Shown: positions 18,501 to 28,473 of the stretch, in pieces | Layout: each line of letters begins with the position of its first letter | Numbering within the stretch: position 1 is the first letter of the stretch | Source: Fibrobacter sp. | Lineage (GTDB): Bacteria; Fibrobacterota; Fibrobacteria; Fibrobacterales; Fibrobacteraceae | Length of the DNA: 43,758 bases | Assembly (NCBI GenBank): GCA_012515825.1 | Contig: JAAYXQ010000025.1 | Span: forward strand, 1-43,758 | Direction of reading: 5' to 3' | Notes under the pieces: generated by a model | Database searches by the model: none | Seen by the model: only the letters and a program-made list of their open reading frames with translations | What the model was told of the DNA's origin: nothing | Position numbers and translations under genes: made by a program

Positions 18501-19670
18501 ATGAATCAAATGAAACTCTTAACCCTACTTCTTGGATTGACAGCGTTAGTCACAGGAGCCTATTTTGTAAAAAAAGGCGATACTTTATGGGATTTGAGCG
18601 AAACGTTCTTAAATGACCCCTTTGCTTGGCCTGATCTATGGGAGAACAATCGCCATATTGAGGATCCTCATTGGATTTATCCTGGTGACTCCATCTATTT
18701 TGGTGAAAATGATAGTGTTTCTGATACTATGCCTCCAGCTCAACCAAAAGACCAAAACCTTTGTAACTCAAGTATTCCTGATTCCGCATTACCTAAAACA
18801 GTAACCCCTGTTGGCTGTGATGAAAACGATTCCAGAGGAGATCAATTTGAAAACTTGCTCGGAAATTTAAGAAGCAAATCTAAAATTGAAAAAAAGAAAA
18901 AAGTAACTGACGAGTATTTCTATCAACAACGTCCAGAATCAAAAATATTTAATGGCTATTACCAAGTTTTGTCACCAGATGTTTTAAAACTGGATGAACT
19001 TAAAAATGATTCTCGTTGGTTTTCAGTTCAGTCTGGAGAACGTTCCACACCTCTACTTCACATGCCTGAAAACGAAATAGTCGTTGGAGTTGGATACAAA
19101 ACAAACTCGAATATAAAAAAAGGGGATTTAGTTGAAGTATGGCAAACCAAAACAATTGAATACCTAAATCCAGTTTCAAAAAATACAGAAAAAACCGCTC
19201 TACTTCAGATTGGTGGATACGCAAAAATCACAGCCATTGGCGATACCCTTTCTAGAGCCATTTTAGTTCAAAGCTTTAAAGAAATCAACATTGAAAAGAG
19301 CAAGGCAAAACTGAAAGAGCCATATTCCGCAATTAATGTCAAAGGCTACAGTACTATAAATGAAGTGAAAGTAGATGAAATGGGTTATGTTCTCTATTCT
19401 ATCGATCCTGCATTAGTCATCGGAGCTTATTCTTATATCATTATTGATAAAGGAACTAAGTCTGGTTACAACGCAGGTGATGGAGTCGCTATATGGGAAG
19501 AAGATTTATCAGATCCAGGACTTCCCCCACGTCTTCTAGGTAGAGGAATAGTTACACGAGCAAAACAAGAACAAGCCACTGTTTTAATTCGTGAGATCTA
19601 CTCCAATAATCGACGTATTAAATTAGGCCATCGCATTTCATTAACTCATAAAGCCCAATTAGTTCAATGA
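18501..19670 (+). CDS. Secreted LysM-domain protein
   Basis: Signal peptide, then a LysM-like [47 protein letters not shown]. The rest of the protein is uncharacterised. Confidence 0.7.
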   Translation: MNQMKLLTLLLGLTALVTGAYFVKKGDTLWDLSETFLNDPFAWPDLWENNRHIEDPHWIYPGDSIYFGENDSVSDTMPPAQPKDQNLCNSSIPDSALPKTVTPVGCDENDSRGDQFENLLGNLRSKSKIEKKKKVTDEYFYQQRPESKIFNGYYQVLSPDVLKLDELKNDSRWFSVQSGERSTPLLHMPENEIVVGVGYKTNSNIKKGDLVEVWQTKTIEYLNPVSKNTEKTALLQIGGYAKITAIGDTLSRAILVQSFKEINIEKSKAKLKEPYSAINVKGYSTINEVKVDEMGYVLYSIDPALVIGAYSYIIIDKGTKSGYNAGDGVAIWEEDLSDPGLPPRLLGRGIVTRAKQEQATVLIREIYSNNRRIKLGHRISLTHKAQLVQ

Positions 19671-19707
19671 TAAAGATGAATCGCTCAGATAATCTTTAAG
19701 AGAGCGT

Positions 19708-21753
19708 ATGCGGTTTTCTAAAAGCAATCCGATTCTCGTCGCTTTCTTTTTTGGGGGAATCATCCTTCCTACCGCGATTCTTTCTGTTTTAAGTTTTCGT
19801 AATATTCAAAATGAGACCTACTTAGCTAAAAAAAATTTCGAAGAAAACCTTAAGTCTTTTAAAAAAGAACTAGAAAATGTGGTTCAAAAAGAACAAGGGA
19901 AAATATTACAAGAGACCAAGGCGGCATCTCAATTTCTTTACGAACAGCCACAGAATTTATTAGAATTTGGAAACGCCTCCTCCTTTAAAAATGTAAAAGG
20001 GCTAAGCGCTATTTTCCTTTTCAATAAAGAGACAATCGTTTATCCTAATATAGCGTCTCATTTTTATTATGAAAGTTCTAAATGGCCTCAGACGAATTAT
20101 TCCTCTATAGAGCAACAACTTTTTTTTGAAGAAATCAATAAAACAAATGAAGAAAAAGTAAAATTAGCACGTTCTCTTCGTTTAATGCAAAATCCTTTTC
20201 AAAGCAGAAGCGAGCAAGTACAAAACCTTCTTGGCCTTCTTCGTAATGCATACCAAAATAAAAAATATGATGAAGCCCTCCACATCATCTCTCTTTTGCA
20301 ACAACGTCCTAATCTTCAAAGCTATCTGCATTATCAACTAAGAGAATCTCTACAACTGTTACACTTTGAAATTCTTGTTGAACAAAATAAGCACGAAGAA
20401 GCTCAAAACTTGTGCTTATTAGAATTAAATCGCTTTTTACAACAGCCCCATATTAATGATATTAGTGCCACTCGTTATTTTTTTGAAACCACATTTAATC
20501 AGATCCTTTCCTTTGAAAAGTTAACACAAGAAACTAGAGAAGCATTCTGGAATCTCCGTGAAAACTTTAATCGCCAATTAACCCATACAGAAATTTTATA
20601 CGAACATCTTCCCTTTTTCAAAAGACTACTTTCCGATCATTTATCCCCTAAAGAAGGTATTCTCTATCGTTTCGATGGAAATGACATGTTTTTTAGAATG
20701 TCATATCCTTGGCTTTCAGGAGATCAAATCGTTATAGGAAAAGTAGATGTTGAAAATTATGAAGCCCGCATTCGTTATCAAATTCAAACCATCGCTAGAG
20801 AATGGAAAAATATTCCGTATACGGTCACTAACATAAAAGACTCTATTCTCATAGGTTCTATTCCAGAAAATGGAACCATTTTAGAACAACTTATTTTAGG
20901 CCAAGATCTAAACTGGACTTTAACTTTATTTCAAAAAGACCCAAAAGAAATTCATAAAGAAACACGTCATAAAATGTTTCTCTTATACGGTTTAGTTAGC
21001 TTTTCTCTAATTACCGTATTATTTGGTTCCTTTTTCATGTTCCGTTTTTTGATTCAAGAACGAAAGCTTTTATTCATGAAATCAAACTTTTTGTCAAGCG
21101 TTTCTCATGAGCTAAAAACGCCTCTAACATCCATTAAAATGTTTGCTGAAATGATGGCCAGAGGACGAGTTCAAAAGCCAGAAAAAATTCAAGAGTATTC
21201 CTCTTTAATTGGAAAAGAATCCACTCGTTTAGAAAACTTAATTGGAGCTATTTTAAGTTACACTCGCATGGAAAACGGTACATCTGCATTTAAATGGGAA
21301 CGATTTGATTTAGGGATTTGTGCAGAAACAGTATATAATGCACTTCTAGACATTACAGAACAAAAAGGATTAGAAATATCATCTAGAATAGAAAAAAATC
21401 TTTTTATAATGGGAGATTACACCGCTCTTTATAGCTTAATTCAAAATTTAATTGAAAATGCAATTAAATACACGAATTCTCCTGGTTCTATTTTTGTTCA
21501 AGCCTACGAAGAAAATGAAAAAATTTTATTTTCAGTGGTAGACACAGGTATAGGAATTCCTCCTTCTGAGCAAAAAAATATTTTTAATGATTTCTATCGA
21601 GTTGGTGATGAAATGACAAGAAGTACAAAAGGCTCTGGACTAGGGCTTGCGATTGTTAAACGAGTCGCAGATACTCATAAAGCGTCTATATCATTACAAA
21701 GTCGCTTAGGAAAAGGTTCTACATTTACAGTGAGGTTTAAAAAGGCAGAGTAA
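19708..21753 (+). CDS. Sensor histidine kinase (large extracytoplasmic N-terminal domain, HisKA + HATPase_c)
   Basis: Two TM segments (aa ~9-29 and ~424-446). H-box SVSHELKTPLTSI, N-box NLIENAIKYT, G-boxes DTGIGIP and GSGLGLAIV. Confidence 0.9.
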   Translation: MRFSKSNPILVAFFFGGIILPTAILSVLSFRNIQNETYLAKKNFEENLKSFKKELENVVQKEQGKILQETKAASQFLYEQPQNLLEFGNASSFKNVKGLSAIFLFNKETIVYPNIASHFYYESSKWPQTNYSSIEQQLFFEEINKTNEEKVKLARSLRLMQNPFQSRSEQVQNLLGLLRNAYQNKKYDEALHIISLLQQRPNLQSYLHYQLRESLQLLHFEILVEQNKHEEAQNLCLLELNRFLQQPHINDISATRYFFETTFNQILSFEKLTQETREAFWNLRENFNRQLTHTEILYEHLPFFKRLLSDHLSPKEGILYRFDGNDMFFRMSYPWLSGDQIVIGKVDVENYEARIRYQIQTIAREWKNIPYTVTNIKDSILIGSIPENGTILEQLILGQDLNWTLTLFQKDPKEIHKETRHKMFLLYGLVSFSLITVLFGSFFMFRFLIQERKLLFMKSNFLSSVSHELKTPLTSIKMFAEMMARGRVQKPEKIQEYSSLIGKESTRLENLIGAILSYTRMENGTSAFKWERFDLGICAETVYNALLDITEQKGLEISSRIEKNLFIMGDYTALYSLIQNLIENAIKYTNSPGSIFVQAYEENEKILFSVVDTGIGIPPSEQKNIFNDFYRVGDEMTRSTKGSGLGLAIVKRVADTHKASISLQSRLGKGSTFTVRFKKAE

Positions 21754-21754
21754 T

Positions 21755-22468
21755 ATGGAAAATAAAATACTAATAGTAGAAGATGAAGAAATCATCCGCT
21801 TAGGGCTTCAAGATAATTTTGAACTTGAAAATTACATCGTAGAAACCGCTTCTGACGGAGAAGAAGCTATTGCTAAAGCGGATTCCTTTAAACCAGATCT
21901 TGTCATTTTAGATTTAATGATCCCGAAAAAAAGTGGTTTTGAGGTATGTCGAGTGATTCGTAAGAAGCATCCTAAATGTTTTATTATTATGCTTACAGCC
22001 AAAACAGAAGAAACAAGTAAAGTCGCTGGGCTAGAAATGGGTGCCGATGACTATGTCACCAAACCATTTTCTATTCTTGAATTACTCGCGAGAGTCAAGG
22101 CCTTCTTACGTCGTTCTGCGGATTTAAAAACCGCTATTGAATCAAACACAACAGTGGTTCCAGATGTAATCCAATTTGCTGATATTCGATTAGATTTTAA
22201 GAAATACGAAGCATTTAAAAAAGATGAACCCCTGGAAATGTCTGCCAGAGAATTTCAAATTCTAAAATACTTTTGGGGGCGTCGTGGCGAAGTTATTCTT
22301 CGTGAAGATCTCCTTCAAGAAATCTGGGGGTATACTCCAGAAAATATGCCATCCACAAGAACGATTGACAATCATATCGTCAATTTGAGAAAAAAACTGG
22401 AAGATGATCAAGCGAATCCGAAACTCATTCTTTCTATTCGTGGAGCTGGATACAAATTCGATGCTTAA
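21755..22468 (+). CDS. OmpR/PhoB-family response regulator
   Basis: Receiver domain (ILIVEDEE...DLVILDLMIPKKSGFEV...TAK) plus a winged-helix C-terminus (REFQILKYF...TRTIDNHIVNLRKKLE...IRGAGYKF). Starts 1 nt after the kinase stop. Confidence 0.92.
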   Translation: MENKILIVEDEEIIRLGLQDNFELENYIVETASDGEEAIAKADSFKPDLVILDLMIPKKSGFEVCRVIRKKHPKCFIIMLTAKTEETSKVAGLEMGADDYVTKPFSILELLARVKAFLRRSADLKTAIESNTTVVPDVIQFADIRLDFKKYEAFKKDEPLEMSAREFQILKYFWGRRGEVILREDLLQEIWGYTPENMPSTRTIDNHIVNLRKKLEDDQANPKLILSIRGAGYKFDA

Positions 22469-24965
22469 AATCATTTCAATACTAATGCTTCTTCTTACAG
22501 CCCAAATGACATGGGCTGTTAAAATGGCTACCGATATCAAAGAAGCATTATATCTATTTGAAATGAAAGGTGATTTTTCAAAAGCCACCAAAATACTCGA
22601 AAATGTGATCCATAATGGCGATCTTGATGATAAAACAAACGCCTATTTTTATCTTGCAAAAATACAAGACCTTAACGGCAATGCTTCTATATCCTCTTTA
22701 TACTATAAACAAAGCCTGACCTCAGCACAAAGTCCAGCAGATGCTTATTGGATTTCAGAACAAATTGCTCGCCTCTCCCCACAACCAGAAAATCTAATAA
22801 AGCAAAAAATTCCTTTTAAGCAAAATATCCTTAAAAGTTTTAAATCCCCATCTCAGCTATTTTTATTATTTGAAGATCGAAACCTTTTCCAAATTAATCA
22901 AGATAAATCCTCCCAAATTCCATTATCGGTCCCAAACACAAGCACAATACATCACATTTCATCTAATGGAGTTTGGTATAGTGATGTAGATCCCCTCCAA
23001 CTATATTTTCAACCATTAACTGCAAAAAGCCCAATTAAAAGCTATCCCATTTCAAATAAAATCGATGATCTTTTTACCCTACCAGGGAATCAAGCCCTTG
23101 TTCTATCAGGAAATTCTCTCTTTTTTATTTCTAACGACGGTATTCGTTTTTCAATTAAAGACCGATACCAAAACTGTTCCATAATGGGCCTCTATGAGCC
23201 ATTAAATCGCTTTCTTTTAAATTGCCCAGATAATGCCATTCACTTTATTCAAACGGACACTGGAACAGAAGACTATGTCATTTCTCAGCTAGATCCTATT
23301 ACTCATTTTAAAATAGAGTCGAATTTTATTCTTCTCGCTTCTGGCCACTCCATATGGCTTTATAAACCAGATGAGCACACTCCTTTAGTTTGGAAGTATT
23401 CTAATGTAAATATCGAAGATTTATCCATTTTCGAGAAAAAAATCGTGCTCTTAGAAACGTCGGGAAAAGTAACTCTTCTTGATAGACAAACTGGATTTCC
23501 CTTTTCCTCATTACAGACAGATGCCTCTTGGATATCCCCCATGGCAGTCGGTTCTTTAGGCTTATACAGCAAAGACGGCAGAGTGACTGCAGTAGATACC
23601 CTCCTTCGCCCTTTATGGTCTTTCCATTTAGGAATTGCATTACAAAATCGTCCATTCAAAATAAATGATCTCCTCTATTTTCCATTAACAGATCAGTCGA
23701 TTGTCGCCTTAAATACTTTACACTATGGGAAAACACCTCTTCTATCCACTGTTCTAGTGTCTCAAGCTCATAAGCTTGCTTCTAAAAAGCAATGGAAAGA
23801 GTTATCCCCTCTTCTGGATTCACTATTAAAAATAGAATACGGTAACGCTGAAGCATGGTTCCTAAAAGCCATACTTGCAGAAACAGTGAATAGTACGGAA
23901 AAAGAAAAACAAAAAGCCTGGTCAGAAGCCGTTCGTTTATCTCTTGGAGATTCGCAAAAATCGAAATTAATCTTATCTCGCTATAGTCAAATGATTAATG
24001 CTAAATTCACCCATTTTTTACAACTGTCTCCAAAAACGTCTTACCCTCAGTTTTTTGGCTACAAAAAGAATTTGTACACAGTGGACGTTCCTGCACAAAC
24101 TCTTCAAAATATAAATCCAGAAACAGGTGAATTACGTTGGATCAGAAATTTAGGGAAATTAACAAATAGTCCTGTAATGGCTAATGACGAAAATACACTT
24201 GCTATTGGCTCTGGATTTAAGGTTCATATCCATGAACTTTTAAAAGAAGAAAAGATAAAAACACTTGAATTACCAGGAAAACCATTTCATATAGAATATT
24301 CCAACAATGCAATTTATATTTCAACTTGGAATGGTTTTTTAGTTAAAGTTTTAAAACCAAATCTTAACCTCGCTTGGTCACGAAAAATCTTCACAATGCC
24401 ATTTCATTTTACCTCTAAAGGGAATGATCTTTTTGTCGCAAGTCTTGAAGGAGAGCTTTTAAAACTTTGGAATTCTTCAGGACAAATTAAGCATACTTTA
24501 GAAAGTTTACACACCACTATTACTCATTTAGAAGCTAAAGATTCTCTTTTAGCCGTAGCCAATGCGGATAATAAAATCTTTATTTTTTCCTCTAATTCAA
24601 ACACCTTACTCAAAAGCATTTCAACCTCTTCTGAAATTAATTCAGTTCAAATTGTCGAAATCAGCTCAAAAATCCATATTTTAGCTGGTTTAGCCAATCA
24701 AGAAATCATTCTTTATTCTTTAGAAAATGACAATCCCTTATGGAGTTTCAATGGAGCAGGCTCTATTTTTGTTTCTCCCATTGTCAACAACAATATTGCT
24801 TGGATAGATCAAAAAAATGAAATTATTGGCATTTCTCTAACTTCAGGAAAAATAAGTCATCGTTTTAAAACCCCAGGCGGGGCAAGTACACCTTTTATTT
24901 TAGATAAAACTATTTTTACAGCATCCCCAAAAAGGCTCTTATACGCCTTTAATCTCCCTTTTTAA
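22461..24965 (+). CDS. Secreted TPR + PQQ-like/BamB-like beta-propeller repeat protein
   Basis: Start set at the ATG at 22461 (MLKIISILMLLLTAQMTWA signal peptide), overlapping the response-regulator stop by 8 nt (ATGCTTAA). TPR-like N-terminus. Repeated propeller-type motifs (LLDRQTGFPF, AVDTLLRPLWSF, INPETGELRWIRNLG). Confidence 0.6.
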   Translation: MLKIISILMLLLTAQMTWAVKMATDIKEALYLFEMKGDFSKATKILENVIHNGDLDDKTNAYFYLAKIQDLNGNASISSLYYKQSLTSAQSPADAYWISEQIARLSPQPENLIKQKIPFKQNILKSFKSPSQLFLLFEDRNLFQINQDKSSQIPLSVPNTSTIHHISSNGVWYSDVDPLQLYFQPLTAKSPIKSYPISNKIDDLFTLPGNQALVLSGNSLFFISNDGIRFSIKDRYQNCSIMGLYEPLNRFLLNCPDNAIHFIQTDTGTEDYVISQLDPITHFKIESNFILLASGHSIWLYKPDEHTPLVWKYSNVNIEDLSIFEKKIVLLETSGKVTLLDRQTGFPFSSLQTDASWISPMAVGSLGLYSKDGRVTAVDTLLRPLWSFHLGIALQNRPFKINDLLYFPLTDQSIVALNTLHYGKTPLLSTVLVSQAHKLASKKQWKELSPLLDSLLKIEYGNAEAWFLKAILAETVNSTEKEKQKAWSEAVRLSLGDSQKSKLILSRYSQMINAKFTHFLQLSPKTSYPQFFGYKKNLYTVDVPAQTLQNINPETGELRWIRNLGKLTNSPVMANDENTLAIGSGFKVHIHELLKEEKIKTLELPGKPFHIEYSNNAIYISTWNGFLVKVLKPNLNLAWSRKIFTMPFHFTSKGNDLFVASLEGELLKLWNSSGQIKHTLESLHTTITHLEAKDSLLAVANADNKIFIFSSNSNTLLKSISTSSEINSVQIVEISSKIHILAGLANQEIILYSLENDNPLWSFNGAGSIFVSPIVNNNIAWIDQKNEIIGISLTSGKISHRFKTPGGASTPFILDKTIFTASPKRLLYAFNLPF

Positions 24966-24980
24966 TTTTTTTTGAATTCT

Positions 24981-25006
24981 TTTTACACATCTGTAAAAAC
25001 TTTTTT
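24981..25006 (+). terminator. Weak AT-rich hairpin + T-run; possible terminator
   Basis: TTTTACA-CATC-TGTAAAA followed by ACTTTTTT, 16 nt after the stop of the preceding gene. Confidence 0.3.
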
Positions 25007-25084
25007 CGTAGTTTTTATTTAAAAAAATCATTATCTTTATATCTGTGTTTTTAGTGTAGTTATTATTCATCATTTGGGGTTATA

Positions 25085-26848
25085 ATGAAAAAGAACAATT
25101 TCTTACTAGTTTTACTGACCTGCCTCATCACAGTTGCAGTTTTTTTTGCAGGTTGTAAGAAAGACGCCAGTAAAGATATTGTTCAAGAAAATAGCGAATT
25201 TCCTAGACAAGAAACCCTCTATGTAGGTGGTTTTGACTGGGCTCCCCCAACCACATTTAATCCCTTAGATGGAGATCCAAACTTCCCTGTAGATGGCAAC
25301 ATCAGATTAATGTACCAGTCTCTTTTTGCATATAATCAGCTTTCTGGTGAAATAGAGCCAATGCTTGCTCTTTCTTACACAAAAACAGATTCCATGATTA
25401 GTGTAAAACTGAATCCAAAAGCAAAGTGGAGTGATGGTTCTGCAGTGACTGCGGAAGATGTTATTTATACATTCTATCTAGATTCAATATTTCCTACACC
25501 TCGTCACGGCATTTGGCAATACATCTCTAAAATAGAAACAGTCAATCAAGAAATCGTTTTCTCATTCAAAAAGGAAAATAAAAACCCTCTTGTTGTTTTA
25601 GGAGCTCTTTCCGAAACGTCTATTTTACCTAAAAAGGTATTTGCTCCATTAGTAAAATCCTCTAAAACTGAAAAAGGGTACAATTACGCAAATATTTTAA
25701 GCTTCAAGAACGATTCTCTTCCTATTGTTTCAGGCCCTTACAACTTAAAACAATTTTATCCTGATAAGATCGTTTTAGAACGTATTGATTCCTATTGGGG
25801 AAATTATAAATACAATAACACTAAACCATCCCCAAAATATATCATTCATTCTCTTTACAATGGTAACAACCACTTTAATAGTGCAATGACCAAAGGGAAC
25901 CTAGATCTTTCATCAATATTCCTACCACGTATCTGGGAGAAAAAAAGAGATCATATCCGTGCTTGGAGTGAAAAAGAACCTTATCATGAACCTGGTTCTA
26001 TTCCTACTCTCTTAATTTCTCACACGATGCCTCCATTTAATGACGTTTCTTTCCGCAGAGCTTTAGCTCATGCCATTCATTTTGAAAAAATCAAAACTAG
26101 AGCCGTTTCAGACTACACTCCTAATATGGAACCTGGCTTTATTTTACCATTTGGGCAAGAAGCAAAGTTTTTTAATAAAGAAGACGCTGAAAAATACGGC
26201 TACACCTATAACATCGAAAAAGCAAAGAAAATCCTTTCTGATGCAGGGTATTCTTGGGATAAAGATGGAAACCTTCTCAGTAAAAACGGCACAAAAATTC
26301 GTCCTTTAAGCATTGAATGCCCTCAAGGATGGACCGACTGGGAAGATGTGATTAAAGTCGTTATTGAATCCTTTAAGGAAATTGGCGTTAGTGCTAACGA
26401 GAAATTTGTCGATTACGGAGCTTGGGAAAAAGACCTCCGTTTTGGTACTTTTGATCTTATTATGAAAACGCAAACCGCCGATCTCTCTGTGGCTACTCCT
26501 TGGGCTCGTTTTGATCAAATCATGAACAGTAAAAATATTAAAGCTGTTGGTGAAGAAACATTCACTAACCAAGGACGTTTTTCTAACAAAGAAGCAGACT
26601 CCTTGTTAAATATAATCCCCTCTTTAACAGATGAAAATCAATTAAAAGAAGCCTATCGAGCATTAAACCGCATATTTATGACAGAAATTCCTGTTTTAAC
26701 ATTAATGTATCGTCCTACTCAATATTATCAATTTTCAACTATTCACTGGACAAACTTCCCCACAGAAGAAAATCCATACGCTCCCCCACAGAATTTAATT
26801 GTAGCGGCTAGTGTAAAAGCGCTCTGGTCGATAAAACCAAACAAGTAA
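25085..26848 (+). CDS. ABC-transporter substrate-binding lipoprotein, family 5 (oligopeptide/oligosaccharide type)
   Basis: Lipobox FFAGC. The length and motif pattern are typical of SBP_bac_5 (LYVGGFDWAPPTTFNPL..., WSDGSAVTAEDV..., YNLKQFYPDKIVLERIDSYWG). No permease or ATPase genes lie next to it. Confidence 0.75.
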   Translation: MKKNNFLLVLLTCLITVAVFFAGCKKDASKDIVQENSEFPRQETLYVGGFDWAPPTTFNPLDGDPNFPVDGNIRLMYQSLFAYNQLSGEIEPMLALSYTKTDSMISVKLNPKAKWSDGSAVTAEDVIYTFYLDSIFPTPRHGIWQYISKIETVNQEIVFSFKKENKNPLVVLGALSETSILPKKVFAPLVKSSKTEKGYNYANILSFKNDSLPIVSGPYNLKQFYPDKIVLERIDSYWGNYKYNNTKPSPKYIIHSLYNGNNHFNSAMTKGNLDLSSIFLPRIWEKKRDHIRAWSEKEPYHEPGSIPTLLISHTMPPFNDVSFRRALAHAIHFEKIKTRAVSDYTPNMEPGFILPFGQEAKFFNKEDAEKYGYTYNIEKAKKILSDAGYSWDKDGNLLSKNGTKIRPLSIECPQGWTDWEDVIKVVIESFKEIGVSANEKFVDYGAWEKDLRFGTFDLIMKTQTADLSVATPWARFDQIMNSKNIKAVGEETFTNQGRFSNKEADSLLNIIPSLTDENQLKEAYRALNRIFMTEIPVLTLMYRPTQYYQFSTIHWTNFPTEENPYAPPQNLIVAASVKALWSIKPNK

Positions 26849-26852
26849 AATC

Positions 26853-26882
26853 AAAAAACTCACCTTTCGGTGAGTTTTTTTT
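26853..26882 (+). terminator. Rho-independent terminator
   Basis: A6-CTCACC-TTTC-GGTGAG-T8, immediately after the SBP gene stop. Confidence 0.85.
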
Positions 26883-26931
26883 ATAAATTTCTAGGAACAT
26901 TTAAGATTTTGTTTCTTTCTGGAGATTTATT

Positions 26932-27744
26932 TTGAAAATGACTCGCTTTATTCTGCCAAATGCTTTTACTAGCATGAATTTTTTACTCGGAGTCTTCGCT
27001 ATTTGTTGGGCTACTGGTATTTTTAGCGATTTTACTGATCGAGACCCTTATCGGATGAGTGCTTATTTTGTTGTATTATGTGTTTTACTTGATAAATTAG
27101 ATGGTTTTGCCGCTCGTTTAGTAAACGCTAGTTCTGAATTTGGGGCTCAATTTGATAGTCTTGCTGACTTGATTGCTTTTGGATTAGCCCCTGCTTTTGG
27201 TCTTTTCTTTGCCTATATGAATTATGCGAAAGAATGGAGTACTAAAAACATAATCCTTATTCTTGTTATTTTCTCTGTTTATGTTCTTTGCGCTGCTATG
27301 AGACTTGCAAAGTACAACGCCATGGACAGTAATTGTTTAACAGATTACTTCTCTGGATTACCTAGCACTTTTGCTGGAGCCATTAACGTCATCATTCTTT
27401 CTTTTTTCATTTATAAAGGTGGCTTTACAGCAGCCGTAAGTTCTCCAAATATCTTATTTATTCCTCTTTTCATTATGCTTTTAACAGCCCTTTTAATGGT
27501 AAGTCCTTTGTTTTTGCCAAAAATAAAAGCAAGAGCTAGCAAAGCATTTAATGCGTTTCAATTTGTGATGATCATTGTGACTTATATTCTTGGCTTTATG
27601 TTTATTTCCCCAAATATTCCCTTTATCCATGAAATCTTAATTCTATTAATGATTGGTTATATTGTAATCGGTTTTGGTGTAGGGCTTTATCGTCGAGAAC
27701 AAATCATCAAAGAAAGCGAAAAGAAATCCGAAGAATGCATCTAA
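26932..27744 (+). CDS. pssA: CDP-alcohol phosphatidyltransferase, phosphatidylserine-synthase type
   Basis: Motif DKLDGFAARLVNASSEFGAQFDSLADLIAFGLAP (DGx2ARx8Gx3Dx3D). Polytopic membrane protein. The start is either the TTG at 26932 or the ATG at 26938. Confidence 0.8.
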   Translation: MKMTRFILPNAFTSMNFLLGVFAICWATGIFSDFTDRDPYRMSAYFVVLCVLLDKLDGFAARLVNASSEFGAQFDSLADLIAFGLAPAFGLFFAYMNYAKEWSTKNIILILVIFSVYVLCAAMRLAKYNAMDSNCLTDYFSGLPSTFAGAINVIILSFFIYKGGFTAAVSSPNILFIPLFIMLLTALLMVSPLFLPKIKARASKAFNAFQFVMIIVTYILGFMFISPNIPFIHEILILLMIGYIVIGFGVGLYRREQIIKESEKKSEECI

Positions 27745-28442
27745 ATTGAAGCAATCCACTGAGCAAAAGAAACGGCAAAGTCCGTTTCCATTGTTTCAAG
27801 TGCGATTCTCGGAAGCTCAAGAGTAATACACTCTATATTATTTTCAGAACACCAAGTTCCTAAACTCCCTGGGGTTTCATAACCTATAGAAGGCACCCAT
27901 GGGATTTTAAAAATATTTTCTAAAGCTTTGACTTCTTTAGACTTAAGAGGGGCATCGATACAAGCCATTGGAGAATGCATCGAGAGAATGAGCTTTGGTT
28001 CTAGTTTCTGGATAAGAGACACTAAAGCACCCGTTTCTTTTTCGCTCAAAGGGGCTTTTCCAGGAGATAAACGCGTTTCCCTTGGTGATTCTAATGTCAA
28101 ACGACATAAAACATCCTCAGGCAGCCAGTTTGTCGTTAAAAAGTTGCGATTTAAATCGACTCCTCTTTCATTTCCTCTTGTCCCTAAAGCCATTCCATCT
28201 GGATTAGCGCATAAAACAAAAGCCACGTGATCCAAAGAATCCCTTAAAAAGCGAATTGCTCGGCTTAACAGGAAAGTCGTTTCAGGCTCTTCCCCATGAA
28301 TTCCTGCAATCAAAAGATGTGTGCATTTATTTTTAGAGGGAAAATAATATAAAGGAGCCCCGCCTTCTGAAACCCCATATTTTTCTTTTTTTAATGAAAT
28401 GATGCCTCTTTCTGCGTTTTTTCTAAACATAATAGAATCCAC
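27741..28442 (-). CDS. mpaA: M14-family zinc amidase/carboxypeptidase, murein-peptide amidase MpaA-like
   Basis: LIAGIHGEEPETT...CANPDG...RGNERGVDLNRNF...SMHSP pattern. The start is ambiguous (GTG at 28442 or ATG at 28430). The 3' end overlaps pssA by 4 nt, convergently. Confidence 0.65.
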   Translation of the reverse strand: MDSIMFRKNAERGIISLKKEKYGVSEGGAPLYYFPSKNKCTHLLIAGIHGEEPETTFLLSRAIRFLRDSLDHVAFVLCANPDGMALGTRGNERGVDLNRNFLTTNWLPEDVLCRLTLESPRETRLSPGKAPLSEKETGALVSLIQKLEPKLILSMHSPMACIDAPLKSKEVKALENIFKIPWVPSIGYETPGSLGTWCSENNIECITLELPRIALETMETDFAVSFAQWIASI

Positions 28443-28473
28443 TAGTGAAAATTATAAAAGAAACTTTTGATTT

